Positions 22,101-35,050 of a stretch of DNA of 64,000 nt are shown here, piece after piece (positions within the stretch are counted from its first letter, which is position 1; each line of letters begins with the position of its first letter). The notes under the pieces are model-generated. The model made no database searches. It was not told where the DNA came from and saw nothing but the letters and a program-made list of their open reading frames with translations. Where the stretch lies: assembly GCA_051294375.1 (NCBI GenBank), contig CM119265.1:8254772-8318771 (forward strand), given 5' to 3'. The DNA comes from Paraspadella gotoi (taxonomy: Eukaryota; Animalia; Chaetognatha). A program made the translations under genes and the position numbers.

Positions 22101-25100
22101 TCTTTCACGTGCTCCTCTTGAAGATCAACGATTTCTTGCTTCGTCGCCTTGAGAGGGCGGAACACTTAACATTAACAATAATATTTTTGAGGAATAATAT
22201 TTCCTAAAGCCTATACCTGCAATTTGGCAAAGAGCTTTTTTAATCGCTTGGTTTTGACTTCAACTTCCTGCTGCAAAGACCCGAAGGTTTCCTCGAGCTT
22301 GGATGCCATCTGAGATAAAAGATCCAATTTATCGCATTTCGAAAAGTTAATACAACGAAGGACAAAGGACTCTTTGATATATTTTTCGCCCAACGTCGCT
22401 GGAGGAGATAAGACTTTGGTATAAAGTGGGCAACGTGAATAAAAATAACTAGACTTTATCTTTCAAACATGGAGAATAATTTAATCCTTGGCCTTGTATT
22501 TTATGTGGCGCTCGCAGCAATTTACGGAGAAGCGAGAGAAGATGACGTCGTCGTTGACGACATGGTGTTTGGTCGGCATCAATACCTCAAAACCTATTAC
22601 AACATCAGGAAAGTCAATCTTCGGAAATTATTATTAGTTGTAAATCTATAATATATACTATTATATAGTGGGTTGGCCGGGGCCGGAATGTCAGATCGAA
22701 AGTGGCGTTGGCCAAAGCGAATCATCCCTTACACCATCGGGGCCGAGTACAGTGAAAGGAGGAAAGCAATGATCCGTGGGGCGATGCAGGAATGGATGGA
22801 CAAAACGTGCATAGTCTTTGCCGAGAAAGGCAGCGCCAAGGCAGCAGCAGCCGGTGAATACGGCTTAACTGAATTTTATTTCAAGACTTAATATCAATTA
22901 TTCTATATCTATCCAAAGGTCACTCCCACGCAATAAACATAGGAAGCTTCGCAGGATGCTATTCTTACGTTGGTTACCAAGGTGGCCACGAGATTAAATA
23001 ATAATTACTATCTCTGAGTAGGAAAACGTTTTAGGAATATCTTATCATTAGGGAAGGATCACCCTGTCTCGTTGAAGCTGGGAAGTTGCACAATTCACAG
23101 AATAGCGCTTCACGAACTCGGGCACACAATCGGTAGGAAAATCCCGATAAATTGAAAACACTAAAACATTAATGCAAGTACATTTCGTCAAGGTCTGCAC
23201 CATGAGCAATGTCGTCAAGATCGCGATCTGTATGTTAAAATAGTTTATGAAAACGTTCCGGCTGTCAGGTACGAACAAAGATTAACTTTCAAGTGTGGCC
23301 ATAAATTTTTCGATATTTTTTTATCCAGAAAATTCAACTTTGACAAAGTCAAAGGGACGTCCAACTTTGGGATACCGTATGATTATTGCAGTATTATGCA
23401 CTACGGAAACATGGCGTACAGCTCTGATTACAAATACACCATATTGACAACAGATCCAAGTACAGAGATTCACTGAATGATATTGTTAGTCCTAAATATA
23501 TATATTAATGTGTATAGCTCATTATTTAATGTTAATAACTATAGATTACCAATTTCGTATTGGGGAAAGCCAGCATTTGGCATTTTCAGACGCCAAAATT
23601 GTCAATCTGATGTACGAATGCAATAGTAAATGCACCGAGAATCCTTCATGCAAGGTGAGTTTTTGAGGTTCGAAATTATGCCAACATCAATCATAAAGCA
23701 AATTGTAAACTAGCGCGTTTTGTTTTAGTGTTGGAAGCAGAATCTCGCGAATGGAAATCGGATTCTCGTAGAAACACTTATGTAAACTAGCGCGTTTTGT
23801 TTTAGGATCCTTGCTACGTCAACCATAAGTGCCAGTGCGAATGTCCAACAAAATGCGACCCAGTTCCGTGCAGTAACCTCAATCCTTATTGCGAAGTAAG
23901 TTCAAGTCTGATGATTTTTTAAAATTTTGCTTAAAGTTAAAACAATGGATATTTTTTCCCCGAACAGAAAAATGCGGCGAGAGGTTTATGCAAATTAAAC
24001 TACGCCAACATGAAAAAGAATTGCCCATTGGTTTGCGGATTCTGCGAAGAGATTGAAAATTTGCGAAAACAATTCGGATTTTAAATTTGAAAAGAATTTT
24101 TGAAAAATAAAAGTGTAAATTTTTTTTCTTTAAAATTAAAAAAAGGGAAATATATAAATATATTTTTTCGTTCACCTCCTCCTTCGTTTCCAAGTCTTGC
24201 TGCAACACCCGCTCAGTTTTATTCTTCTCCGCGATGAGTTGCCGTCTCTGCTCTAATTCTCGCTGTTGCTCGTTGGTGTGATCGAGGATGTTTGTGCCGC
24301 CGGACAAGAGCTTGCTCTCCATCGCCTTTATCTTGGCCTCAAGCTTTTTTTTCTGCTCCTCTGCTTTCTTCATCTCCTTCTCCTTTTGCTCTATCTGCTC
24401 CAGCATGACCTTCCGCTCTTCTGCGATGATGGTCTGGTCGTTTTTCACCTTGTGCTTTTCTTCCTCCAACTTGGCCTTTTGCTCCGCCGCAAACTTCTCC
24501 TGTTCTTCCTACGAGATGGAAGAAGTTTGTGATTGATTAATCGATTGCTTCTGACTAAATATTTTACCTGCTCATTTACGGCGTCGTCTTCATTCTCCGA
24601 ATCTAGGTCAGCCTCGTTCTCGCCCTTTTCTCGTTTTCGCCGCCCCTTTCCCTTTTTCCCGCCCTTTTTCATCAAGTCTCCCTTGAGACGCGCGATCTCC
24701 TCTTGGAATTGGCGCAATAAGGCATCTTTGGGGTCTTCGTTGATTCGCGGGTTGTTCTTGATGTTCTTGGCGCGGTTAGCGTAGCTGACAAGGAAGGCAA
24801 AAGAATTATAAAAGATCTGTGACGTCGAGAAACTTGGAATCGTCAGGTTCCGACTTACCGCAACGTCGTGATCGTCTCGTCAAAATTGTAAGAGGCCGGA
24901 GAAATTGTGGCCACCATGATGGTTTTCGCGTTTCCGCCCAGCGAATCCTGGAGCAGCCGCGTTAACTTTGAGTCTCTGTAGGGAATGTGAGAGGTTCTTC
25001 CATCCACCAAGGCGGAAATTACGTTTCCTGAAACCAAATTTGTGAATTTTATTAAGTTTTTCATAGATTTTACCTAGTTATTACCTAGCGCAGATAGAGA

Positions 25101-26512
25101 GAGATTGATTTTGGTCGCCTCTTTGAATCGGTCGCCGGTAGCGCCAGTCTTTGACTGGCGCTCGCTGCCAGCCAGGTCCACCATATTGAGCTTGCCGACT
25201 CGAATGTGGTTTTCGCCGTCGACGGCAGACATCTCGCTGCATTCCACGGTGATCACGAAAATCGCATGAGATCTAAAAGCAAAGTATAAAGAAATAAAAT
25301 ACTTCAATAATTTTTGGGAGAAATTAAATCAACAATGTCAACTACTGAACTCGCCTAGAAGAATGTTCGTTCATGTTGGTGGCGCCGACGACGCGATTCT
25401 GGTTCCCTACGTGCATGACGTGTTCGATTTCCTTAACGCTTTTGGTGACAAAGGAGGATAAGTCTTTGACGTAGACCCCGGTGTCGGGACGTTCCTGTCG
25501 ACGAAATAAAAGAGTCGATCACGATACATCACAGAAAACACCAGGTCGCTTTCCGTTCCTGTCGATTACCTTGAGTTCAAGGCGCTTGTTCTGATCCTTA
25601 GCGAGAAGATCGCGGATTTCCTCCTGATAGATCTCCAAGTAGGAGGCGCGGACGAGGTACTGCTGGTGTTCGCTGCGCGCGATGTGCGAAAAGACGTGAT
25701 TGAAAGAGTTGGGGATCACACCCCGCAACTCCTCGTTCTCTTTGACTCCCTGTGAACGAGGCGATCGTTTCATGAGAAGTATAACAAATACATGGTCAAT
25801 GATCAGTTTATTTTTCAGGAGAAAAAAAATCGATATCGGAAATGAAAATTAACGATTGAAAAAGTGCAAAAAGTAACTTTTTGTATTAAAATGAATTAAC
25901 TGTGGTTACCGAGTCGGTTCGATTCCGTCTTTCAGCGAAATTTTCCTGACAATGGAATCTATCTTTAATAAAACAACGCGAAAAATAATTAAATGAAATT
26001 GGTACAACCAATATAAAAATTATTTTATATCTGATATCAATATTTATCTCCGATTCGCAAGTAATTATTCAAATCGCCAAAAAGGGCGGCCGTAGGAGCC
26101 AACCTGCATGGTGAAAGTCTTCCCGGTTCCCGTCTGTCCGTAGGCGAAGATTGTGCCGTTGAATCCTCCAAGGACGGAGTCGACGAGATCACGAAAAGTC
26201 TCGTCGTAGAGATCCATCTGCTTCGACTGTTCATCGTAGACCGCGTCGAATGTGAAAGACTTCGGAGGCTCCGTTGGCGGCTGGGGAAAGTGGAAGTTAA
26301 AAAAATGAAGTTGGAAAAGATTAACACAATTATTACATCAAAATTATTTCCTTCGACTTCCTCAAACACACCTTGTTGGGATTTTTGATGTCGATGACGC
26401 CTCGCTTATTGTGAATTGTGGTAATGCTTTGGTGATTTTCGGCGATTTCTTTGGAGCTCATGGGGCGACATCTGACGACGACCCGAACCGTCTCGTCCTT
26501 TTTCTTAGACAT
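19125..26512 (-). CDS. KIF3B: Kinesin-2 motor subunit KIF3B-like (multi-exon)
   Basis: [17 protein letters not shown]; P-loop [11 protein letters not shown]; MNEHSSRSHAIF; [23 protein letters not shown]; [23 protein letters not shown]; stalk [28 protein letters not shown]; tail [24 protein letters not shown]...PKAKGLVSK*. Confidence 0.95.
20231..21647. mobile_element. ~1.4-kb non-autonomous DNA transposon with ~120-bp terminal inverted repeats in a KIF3B intron
   Basis: ...TATGGCTACTCCCCCTTCGGTAAGCCATTGCTCTACGACCA (20306-20346) is the reverse complement of 21539-21580; similarity extends out to GCAAGCTCT / AGAGCTTGC. Confidence 0.75.
21431..21504 (+). pseudogene. Degenerate tRNA(Ser)-like sequence / SINE head
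   Basis: A-box ACGAGATGGCCGAGTGGTTAA and B-box GGATTCGAATCCCAC resemble eukaryotic tRNA-Ser, but the anticodon and variable arms are disrupted. Confidence 0.55.
22469..24084 (+). CDS. Secreted astacin-family metalloprotease with C-terminal Cys-rich/ShK domain, nested antisense in a KIF3B intron
   Basis: Signal peptide; [10 protein letters not shown]...[13 protein letters not shown]; GCYSYVG; zinc motif HELGHTIG|[11 protein letters not shown] split by an intron; Met-turn [11 protein letters not shown]; ShK-like [12 protein letters not shown]. Confidence 0.92.
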
Positions 26513-26892
26513 TGTGTAACGGGTTGCTCAGGGAAGGGAGTAGGAGGGAAAAGTAGGGCTACGAAACGAAAGGCTTTTTCTTTCTCGACCAAAACGCAAT
26601 AAATATATTATCCATCTTCATCTTGGTTTCTATATCCAGTTTTTCATTTACATATTCCTGAAAACAAAATCAATTTACAAATCATCAATGAAACGACGCA
26701 ACCGGATAAGCTTCGGTTTCTAGCTACTGTAAATTATTTATTGAAAAAAAAAATGACGTAGAATGCGGGTTTGGGTGGGAAGGAGGTCAAGATAAATAAC
26801 ATGGAGTATGATGGAGAAATGAAAAAAAAAAAATCGAAAAATCGATTCATTAGTAAAACGTCTCCCACAATCGCCGAGCGAATAAAATGGGA

Positions 26893-28747
26893 TCACGACG
26901 ACAACTTGATCCTTTTAGCTTCGTTCTGTGCCTCCGAGTTGGTGGTGGCGTGGAGCGTCGCCAGAAGACGGAACGCCTCCAAGACTAAATGAGGGTGAGA
27001 GGATTCTAAAGAACGGAAACTCGACGTAGCCATCACCTGAGAGAGGGATAAGGAGGGTTAGTGTTTAAGTTAATGAAGTTTTGGTTATGATCATTTAACT
27101 TTTCGCATTACACCTCATTAGCCTTGTTGATAAGAAAGTCGAGGGCTTCCTTCCTAAGGAAAGGGGAGTTGTGTGTGTCGGCGGCGACGAGGACTTCGCA
27201 GACATTGTTTACGTTCAACACGTTGGAAAGTTGTTCTTCGCACAGGAGTTTTAGTCGTAACAACTCGTACTATGGATGAAATATGAAGGTATGTCACATT
27301 AATTAAAATATTTTATTTATACGCTGCTAACCTTATCCGCAGCGACAAGCAGTTCCAAGGCCAAGGATTCGAGGTTCGGCGCTTTTCCTGAGTAAATAAA
27401 ATGGAGTAGGTCGTCCATGACTTCGGCGGAGACATCGAGGATGTCGACGCGCCTTTGTCGAGATTCCAACATCTCGTGGTCGAACATGGCGTAGAAAACG
27501 CGGGATCTGGAAAGAAGCAAGAAAATGACAAAAGTTGATTGACGACGTGCAACCGAATTTGTCACAAACTAAAATTGCACCTGGCAGCCAAAACGTTCTG
27601 GTGAACCGGGAATTGGCGGCCGCCGACGCAGAGTGTCACGTCAGAGAAGCGCGAGGAATCGAGGAGCGAGGAAAGATCTTCGGCGATGGAGCAAGATGGA
27701 ATCTAGAACAGAGAGTAGTTGTGATTGAGCAGAGGGGCCGGAGACCCACGAACAACGCTACTCGCCTTGACTTTGTTGAGCGTTCCCATCCAACTCTGAG
27801 TGTCGAGCATAACGACTATTTGGCAGTTGACTGTCAGCTGATCATCGTGGAGAATCTCGGAGAGGAACCGGCCCCGGCGCGACGGGTCCATGGAACGAAG
27901 AGTAGGACCGCACCTTTAAAGAATATGGATAAATTTATGACTACCTCAAATATATTTCACTCGGCCGATCTCCTAATCACTCACTTCTTGCCCGCGGTGA
28001 ACCTTCGGCTCTGCGGCCGCGCGGCGATACATTCCTGGTGATTCTCGTTGACGATTGAAAACTTATACTTGGCCCAAACCTCGGGCTTTTCCGACGACAA
28101 GAGACACAGCCACAGAGAGATGGATTCATCGGACAGAGGAGCCGAGGAGGGCGGGGGACGGGCCTCCTGTACTGGTGCCGGCGCCGGCTGTTGAGCCGCG
28201 TTATTATTAACGGCGTTGTTGCCAGCCTCGGGAGGCTGCGGATGGCGGTAGGGGTGATGATGGTGCTGTTGTTGCATCATCACAGGCGGCAGCGGGTTGG
28301 GGATGTTGTAGTTGTGATCGGAAGCGGCGTTGGGATCGCCTGCGGCGCCGCCTTCCCGAAAAGAGGCACTTGAAAAATTGATCAGTGGACGCGACATATC
28401 GAGTTTGAGGCACCATCGAGTATCATCAGTAGGGTCGCCCGAGGTGAATACGCTGCTCTCTAGACCGAGTCCGCGCTCAAAGTGAAGGCTAAAGTTGTGA
28501 ATCGTCCAAGTAATGCTGTCAAAGATGTAAAGAACCGCGTCAATAATATTTAAGCAAAGGTTCTGTACATTGTTCAATTTTTAATTCATGTTCACCCAAA
28601 TTTGAGAAGCTTCGATTTAGTGGAGCACCAGTTTTGAACACCGGAGATTAAATCGTTTTCCTCTAGTATGACGTTGGAAGCGCTCGTGGACTGCGAAGCC
28701 TGCTCGAATTCCCGAGGAATCAGAGGTGGAACGATCGGTTCCGCCAT
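26893..28747 (-). CDS. SPOP: Speckle-type POZ (MATH-BTB-BACK) protein
   Basis: NWCSTKSKLLKFG|ITWTIHNFS MATH start; FSDVTL...VHQNVLAARSRVFYAMFDHEMLESRQRRVDILD...FIYSGKAPNL BTB; YELLRLKLLCEEQL; C-terminal HPHLVLEAFRLLA...KRIKLSS*. Confidence 0.88.
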
Positions 28748-28990
28748 ACTGATATTTGTTGGAAGCGAGGGGGGGGAGGGAGACCTCGGTGTCTTGTAAA
28801 GTCGAAAACACCTCGGTTCACATCATGACCGAATTAATCTTAAAACGAAAACAAAAACAAACAGCAATTAATGCTGAAAAATGCACACGAGTTCGCTTCG
28901 CGAATGTTTAGAATGGAGATTGTCTAATGTCTAAATATCACATTCGTGCATCGACAATTTAAGTTCAGTTCTGTGTTTGTTTGTTTTTTC

Positions 28991-31900
28991 TTATCGACCG
29001 AAAGGGGATTTTTTTTTCTGAGCTAAAAACGCTTTAAAATCATCTTCCATTTGATCATCGAACCACGTCGGTTTAGACGTATTTTCAAAATTCCGCCGCT
29101 CCCTAGTAAATCCACTGGCCCGACTCGATCCACTGGATCGATTCGACACTCTCGAACCACTCGCTCGACTCTCGTAAAATTCTTGATCAAAATCGTCGTC
29201 AAAATATCGCCTGAGATTCGCAAGAAAGGATGAGGGTGTTAAAGGAAGCCATAAAGACAAAAAGAGATTGAGCGTCTCACCGACTCCTCGTCGTTTTTCT
29301 CTCTCGGTTCCTTTGAAGACCGTCTCCAAATCGCACGCCCCGATGATCCGTTTTCGGGTCCTCGTTTTCGGGTCCTCTTGGTGCGGCGTCGAGCTCGACC
29401 AGCCCTTTGACTTTTTTCCGCAGAGACTCGATGAATTCTTGCTCTTGGCGAGATGACGAGTGAACGAGGACAGCTAGACCGGCCTTACCAGCGCGACCAG
29501 TGCGTCCGGATCGGTGGAGGTACGTACTGACACCTTTGGGAAGTCCAATCTAAATTGGGTAAATGTGTGAGGCGAGAATTAAAAATCTTAAAAGCATAAG
29601 GATCGTCGCAATTGCATAACAAAAAACTGGACCCATAAACTTTGAAACTCAAAAAATCAAATTTGATACAGGAACACTAAGTTGGTTTAATATATCAAAA
29701 AAAATGAAATAAAAGAATTAAATGAAAAGAATTGAATGAATAAATGAATTAAATTTAAATTTAATTAATTTAAATAACTGAAAGATTTGAGATAAATAAA
29801 TTACATTGGATAAATAAATTTAAAAGTATAAACTGAAAAAATTAAATTGAACGAATTTATTTAATTTAATTAAAGAAATTGAATAAATGTATGAGAGATA
29901 GTGGGTACTATAGGGGGAGAGAAAGAGAGCGAGCGCGAGTTGAGAGGGCATAGGCGTTTGTCGAAGCGTACCCGAAGTTGGCAGGTTATAGGCGTTTGTC
30001 ATAGCGTACCCTGTGAAGGTTGCGTGTTCGATAGTAGGGCTCACCACTTATGGCAACAGCTGGGTTGCCTGTGATGCCTATTGGGATGGGGCATCTCACT
30101 GTTGGTTTTGGGGGCTTCCGACCCTCAGTGACGGCTCCAGTCACTGGCGCGGTTACCCTAGGACGGTCTCGCTTTGCCAAATCAGAGGGAAACCGTAAGT
30201 ACTGTGGATGGAACACAACGCCTGGGATGGTGTGTTCCCCCTCAGAGCCAATGGGATTGGTTGAACGATGATGGACGTGAGCCGGAGTGAATATACCGCC
30301 ACAATATGATATTTTAATGTTGAGAAAGGTTTATTATTATTGTTAACCATTGTTTGCCATTGATAAGCACATAACTAAGAAAGCAAGCAAGCTGGACTAC
30401 TGGGAGTTCAAAAATAAAAAACGTCAGCGATTTTTTGACTAGGGTACAAAATCTGAAGTTGCTTTTACAAATAATTTAGCCACAGTATTTGATCATTTCA
30501 TTTCACTCCCATTTGAAATCCGTGTAATATGTTTTATATTCTTGGTCTAACTTTTTAATAAAAATTTCCAAAAAAAATTTATAAGGATAATACTATAAAT
30601 ATATTGTATTTTACTTTTCTGTTCCCGAAACAATATTAACAAAATACTTTTTGTAATCATTTTTGTACTATCTCGCATAAAATTATTATTGTTAATTGAC
30701 TCAAATCAATTTTTTTTTCTCAAGTGCTCCACTCTAATGTCCATGGAGAGCGACGACAATGAGCTGAAAAGTCTTGCGATTCAAAACCAGTTGAGGAAAA
30801 AATGGAAAGAAGAAAGAGAAATTATGGACAGTTGTTCAACAGTGAATAAGTGGTTTTTCATGGATGATGGAGCTCCTGGAAACAAAGCCAAAGCTACCTA
30901 AAAATAGCATGATGAAAACGGGATCGAGGTGCTAGAAACTCGCAAGACTGCAACATCAAAAAAGTCTGGTCAATGATCAAGAGAGACGAAATCAAGAAAT
31001 CAAGAAACTCGTAAAATGCGTTTGGTGGGAGCTGAACCCTTCATATTTGTGCAGCCTTTACGACTTTCTCCCTCATCGCATGGAAGCGGTGCTGGAAGTT
31101 AATGGTGGTCCAACAAAATATGAAGTTATTAAGTCCTAAAAATTATTTTTTTGCACACATGTGTAATATAAAAAAAGTAATCTATAATTTTGAACAACGA
31201 CAACGACCACAAAATTGTCGGAAGCGCGAGAGATTGCGACGATAAAAAACTCTCGAAAATCTTTAAAATGGGGACTGGGATCAGGCGAACGAACCTGAAC
31301 GATGAGCTCGACTTGGGGAATGTTAAGTCCGCGGGCGGCGACGTCGGTGGCGACGATGGTGGGAATCTTTCCCTTACGAAAACCGTCGATGACAAAATCG
31401 CGTTGCCTTTGGGTCATGTCTCCCTGAAGAGTCTGGACGCCGCGGATGCCGAGTTGGCTAAGACGAGTGGAGAAGTAGGATGTGGCCCGCCTAAAAAAGT
31501 TACAAATCAAAAGTAACCAGTAAAAATAATACTTCATCATTAAGGGGAATGATGACCCACGACTAACTTGGTGTCGACAAAAATGATGGTCGACTCAGAA
31601 TTGTAAGTTTGCATAATGTGCTTGATCGTTTGGATTTGCCTGACGGGCGGCGCGTAAAGAGACAAATGCTTGACGGCGCTGGGTGCATTATCCTCGGCGT
31701 CTTCAGCAGTTATACGAATTTTCTAAGGAAATAGAGAAAAAGAAATTAAATGAATAATATCGTCCCATTTTGTATCTTTTTTACGGTTTACCTCTATATC
31801 TCTGGCGAGAAATTCATTGGCCATGTCATAGAATTCCTTCGGCACGGTGGCGCTAAAAAGCATCACCTTTGAAGATGATTTAAAAAGGTAAGTTTGATTG

Positions 31901-33133
31901 CAGTAAAACGCCATCAGAGAACTATTCAAAATATTTAATCCGTCGTTCAACCTGTTTTTCTTTCGGAGAGTCTTTGAGAATGTTCTCCAAGTCTTCCATC
32001 CAATCCTCCTTCAACATTTCGTCGGCCTCGTCTAGAACGAGCATGTTTAGATTGGCGACGGACAACGTCTGTCTCGTGATGTGATCCCGGAGTCTGCCAG
32101 GGGTGGCGCACACGATGTCCGCACCTCGCCGGAGGGCTTCCAAATCTGTCATCGGAACCGAAGATCAAAAATAATATCCGAGGTAAATCGTTTCCAAAAT
32201 ATTTTTTCAAAGAAATAAATAGCAGGATTGGTGCGAGCTCACCTCGGTTAATAGGAATACCCCCGTACAAATTGATACATCGTAACTTAGGATCCAACCG
32301 AGAAATTTCTGACGCTATCTAAATAAACAACAAAATGTCGGTAAAACCTTATTCAAGAATCCAGTGACTATTCTTTATTACGAACTTGGTTACAAAGTTC
32401 CCTAGTGGGCGTCAAGACCAAAGCTCCAATGAGGGGAACTCGATCGTTTCCTTTTACGAATCGAGGCGACCCTTTCCGTTCTCCCTTCAGCACGTTGACA
32501 ATGGGCAAAGCAAACGCTAAGGTTTTCCCACTTCCCGTCACGGCCTAACGAAAAAGCGATTTTTCAACAAAAATGTTGAAAAGTTGAATACTTTTTTTTT
32601 CACCAAAACCTGTCTCCAGGCGTCACCTGCCCTATGACATTTTTTCCCTCCAACAACGCCTTTAACGTTCTCGCTTGAATCTCGAAGGGCGACTGGTAGT
32701 CCAACTCTTTCAATCTCTTTAACAACTCCGGGTGAAGGTCAAAGTCCTCGAAGGCGACGCCATCAGCCGAGTGTTCCGACCGCTCCTCCGTGAGTCTCTT
32801 GTCGTGGTCGTTGGCGGCTGAGCGCCAATCGCGAAGGAAAGCGTCCAATTCCGGCGTGGACAAACCATCGGTTTTTTTCTCGTAGACTTTAAATTCGAAA
32901 TCGTCAGGGTCGTCCTCGTATTCGTTAAACACATCAGCGGGTAACACTCTGTTTTTTTGCGTGGAGACGGAGGAGGCGGCGAAAAAGCGGACTGTTGGGC
33001 AGAGGACTGACGGGCGATGCAAAGTCGATTCCCACAAGAGGCAGCGAAGCGTGGGCGAAGCACGATGAATGGATAGCTCTGCATTGTCTAAAATCGCCTT
33101 GAGACAAGTGGTCAAATATCTTGAGCGAATCAT
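28991..33133 (-). CDS. DEAD-box RNA helicase with probable mitochondrial presequence
   Basis: Q motif FEDFDL...[62 protein letters not shown], and motif [12 protein letters not shown] in the exon at ~29480-29550. The N-terminus is Arg/Ser/Leu-rich. Confidence 0.9.
29945..30300 (+). other. GC-rich, multi-hairpin intronic element of unknown class
   Basis: Short direct repeat ATAGGCGTTTGTC..AGCGTACCC x2, B-box-like GTGTTCGATA, then at least five hairpins enclosed by GGCTCAC (30038)/GTGAGCC (30277). Confidence 0.45.
30735..31166 (+). pseudogene. Decayed Tc1/mariner transposase fragment in the DEAD-box gene intron
   Basis: [25 protein letters not shown] (second catalytic Asp region), C-terminal [16 protein letters not shown], then a Tc1-like end TTTTTGCACACATGTG-TA; contains stops and frameshifts. 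Confidence 0.75.
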
Positions 33134-33397
33134 GACGCAAGACGGTATTTGTTATTAATGTACTTACTAGAAACGGAAGAAATAAAAATGCAAAAAATAA
33201 AAGCGAATTTCCAAATAGGGAGTTATATCTAGTAACGTAAAAAACCGTGAACGTTACAAACATGATTGCTCAAAATAAAAAAGGGAAGAAAAGATTATGC
33301 ATAATAAGCGGACCATCACAAAACTTTATCCAAGGCGTCCATGGCGAAATTTTGACTACTAAGCATTTAAGACAGAGCATTTTTTTAAATCTTATTT

Positions 33398-33806
33398 TTA
33401 CGTTTCGATGGGATCTTCCTCGGTTTTTCCGAAGTGCACCTCTGCATCCGGGTGCAGCTGCGGGGGTTCGTTGGTGTGGGGCAGCGGGCGGAAAATCTTG
33501 GCATGAACGAACCCGTCGTTAGAAGAATATATTTGAATCTTCATCAAAAAGTTCGTCCCCGCGACAACTTGACTGAGGAGACAGAAGACAAAATTTAGTA
33601 GCCATTTTTGGTACGACATTAGAAAAGATTTTATATACATAACTAGATAAACTTAAGCTTGTTTCTCACCTTTTATAAGAGACGACATTAAACATCTCGA
33701 AAGGTTTGGGCGCTTTGACCTCCAGCGCCTCTCTAACGGAGTTGGCAACTTCTTGCTGCTCGGCCTCTGCCTTCTTGGTGTCGGGCGTCATACCTCCGCA
33801 TAGCAT
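33398..33806 (-). CDS. Type 1 cystatin (stefin), 2 exons
   Basis: MLCGGMTPDTKKA...VSYK | SQVVAGTNFLMKI...FVHAKIFRPLPH; contains the QVVAG inhibitory motif and has no signal peptide. Confidence 0.92.
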
Positions 33807-34005
33807 TTTCCTTTTTAGATTTTGTTCGAGCGCGAAGACGAAAAAGGGATGGGCTCTTTAAACAAATAAAAAACTGGCTAAAGAATTCGATAGTTTAACT
33901 GACGGTGTAAACATAAAAAGAGCAACAAATAGCAAAATCAACTCATACATACAGTAAGAGCTCGATACTGAAAGTTCTATAAAAAACCGCTCTTATTTTT
34001 GTTTT

Positions 34006-35050
34006 TCAAAGTTCGCGACTTCCGCTCGTGTCTGAAGGATCACAATCATTTTCATTCTTTTTACTTTCAGCTTCTTCACTTTCAGCTTCTTCTTCCTTCT
34101 CATCTTCCTCTTCTGAAATGTCAAAGGGATCCCAGTTTTTCTCCTCCTCTTGTTCAGTTTTCAGTCGGTCCATGTACGCCTCCTGCGCCGCAATGACACC
34201 CTTGGCGTCCTCGGCGGCGGCGTACATGTCGAGAGCTTCCCCGTTGACATCGCGGAAGCCCTTTCCCCACTTGAACTTGGCGAGGAGGCGATCGGCGAAG
34301 TCGTCGAGGCCGACGATGCAGAACGCCGCCGCCAACGCCTCTACGCAAGAAAGTTTAGATGGTCGGCCGTAGTTGACTGGGTTAACGGCGACTGTAAAAT
34401 TCAAAGTAATTAATTAATTATTAAGACAAAGCAGCCTTGCTCTAAACCATGCATTTCGTACCAACCTAAAAAGGGCAAAAGACGCGGATTTCCGCCCTTC
34501 ATCTTATTGACGGGCAACTCGGAGATGCGATTCCAAGAACAGTCGATGACAGCGAGTCCGTGCGTTTGTACGAGCTCTTTGTCAGCCGGGGAGACGGTTC
34601 TCGTGCCGAGCGGCGAAAGGATTATTCCATTGAAGCGCTGCCGCGAAAAATCGAGACAAAATTCGTAAATCGTTATTTCCATCTAAAACCTATTCTCTCC
34701 GACACCTGTCCCAGCTTTAAAACTTTGACGAGTCCCTTCCGTGCCAATTTTCGGCCAGAGCATCGGCGAGGATCGCAATGATTAAAGTCCCACATGGCCA
34801 GCGGAATGGGGATGGGTGGGTCATCTTGCTCTTCGTTTTTATCGCCTTCTTTGTCCTCAACAGAATCCCCGGCTACATTCTCTTCGTCGGAATCAGCGTC
34901 TTCGTCGCTTTGTTTGTCTCCACCGACGGCGAGGTTGGCCAAACGGCCCTCGACATCGAATGGGTCTACACTCTCTTCGTATTTTTCATTTCGATTATGA
35001 TGACATTTCGCGAGTCTTTCCTTTTTGGCGTAACCCCGCTTTTTGCCCAT
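34006..35050 (-). CDS. TSR3: 18S rRNA aminocarboxypropyltransferase (3 exons)
   Basis: [47 protein letters not shown]|[30 protein letters not shown]. Confidence 0.96.

Noticed and set aside
28578-28606. TTTTAATT..CACCCAAATTTGAG resembling the nematode SL1 leader
   Set aside because: The match is only partial, overlaps a SPOP exon/intron junction on the opposite strand, and has no following GT donor or Sm site. No SL RNA gene was recognised in the window.
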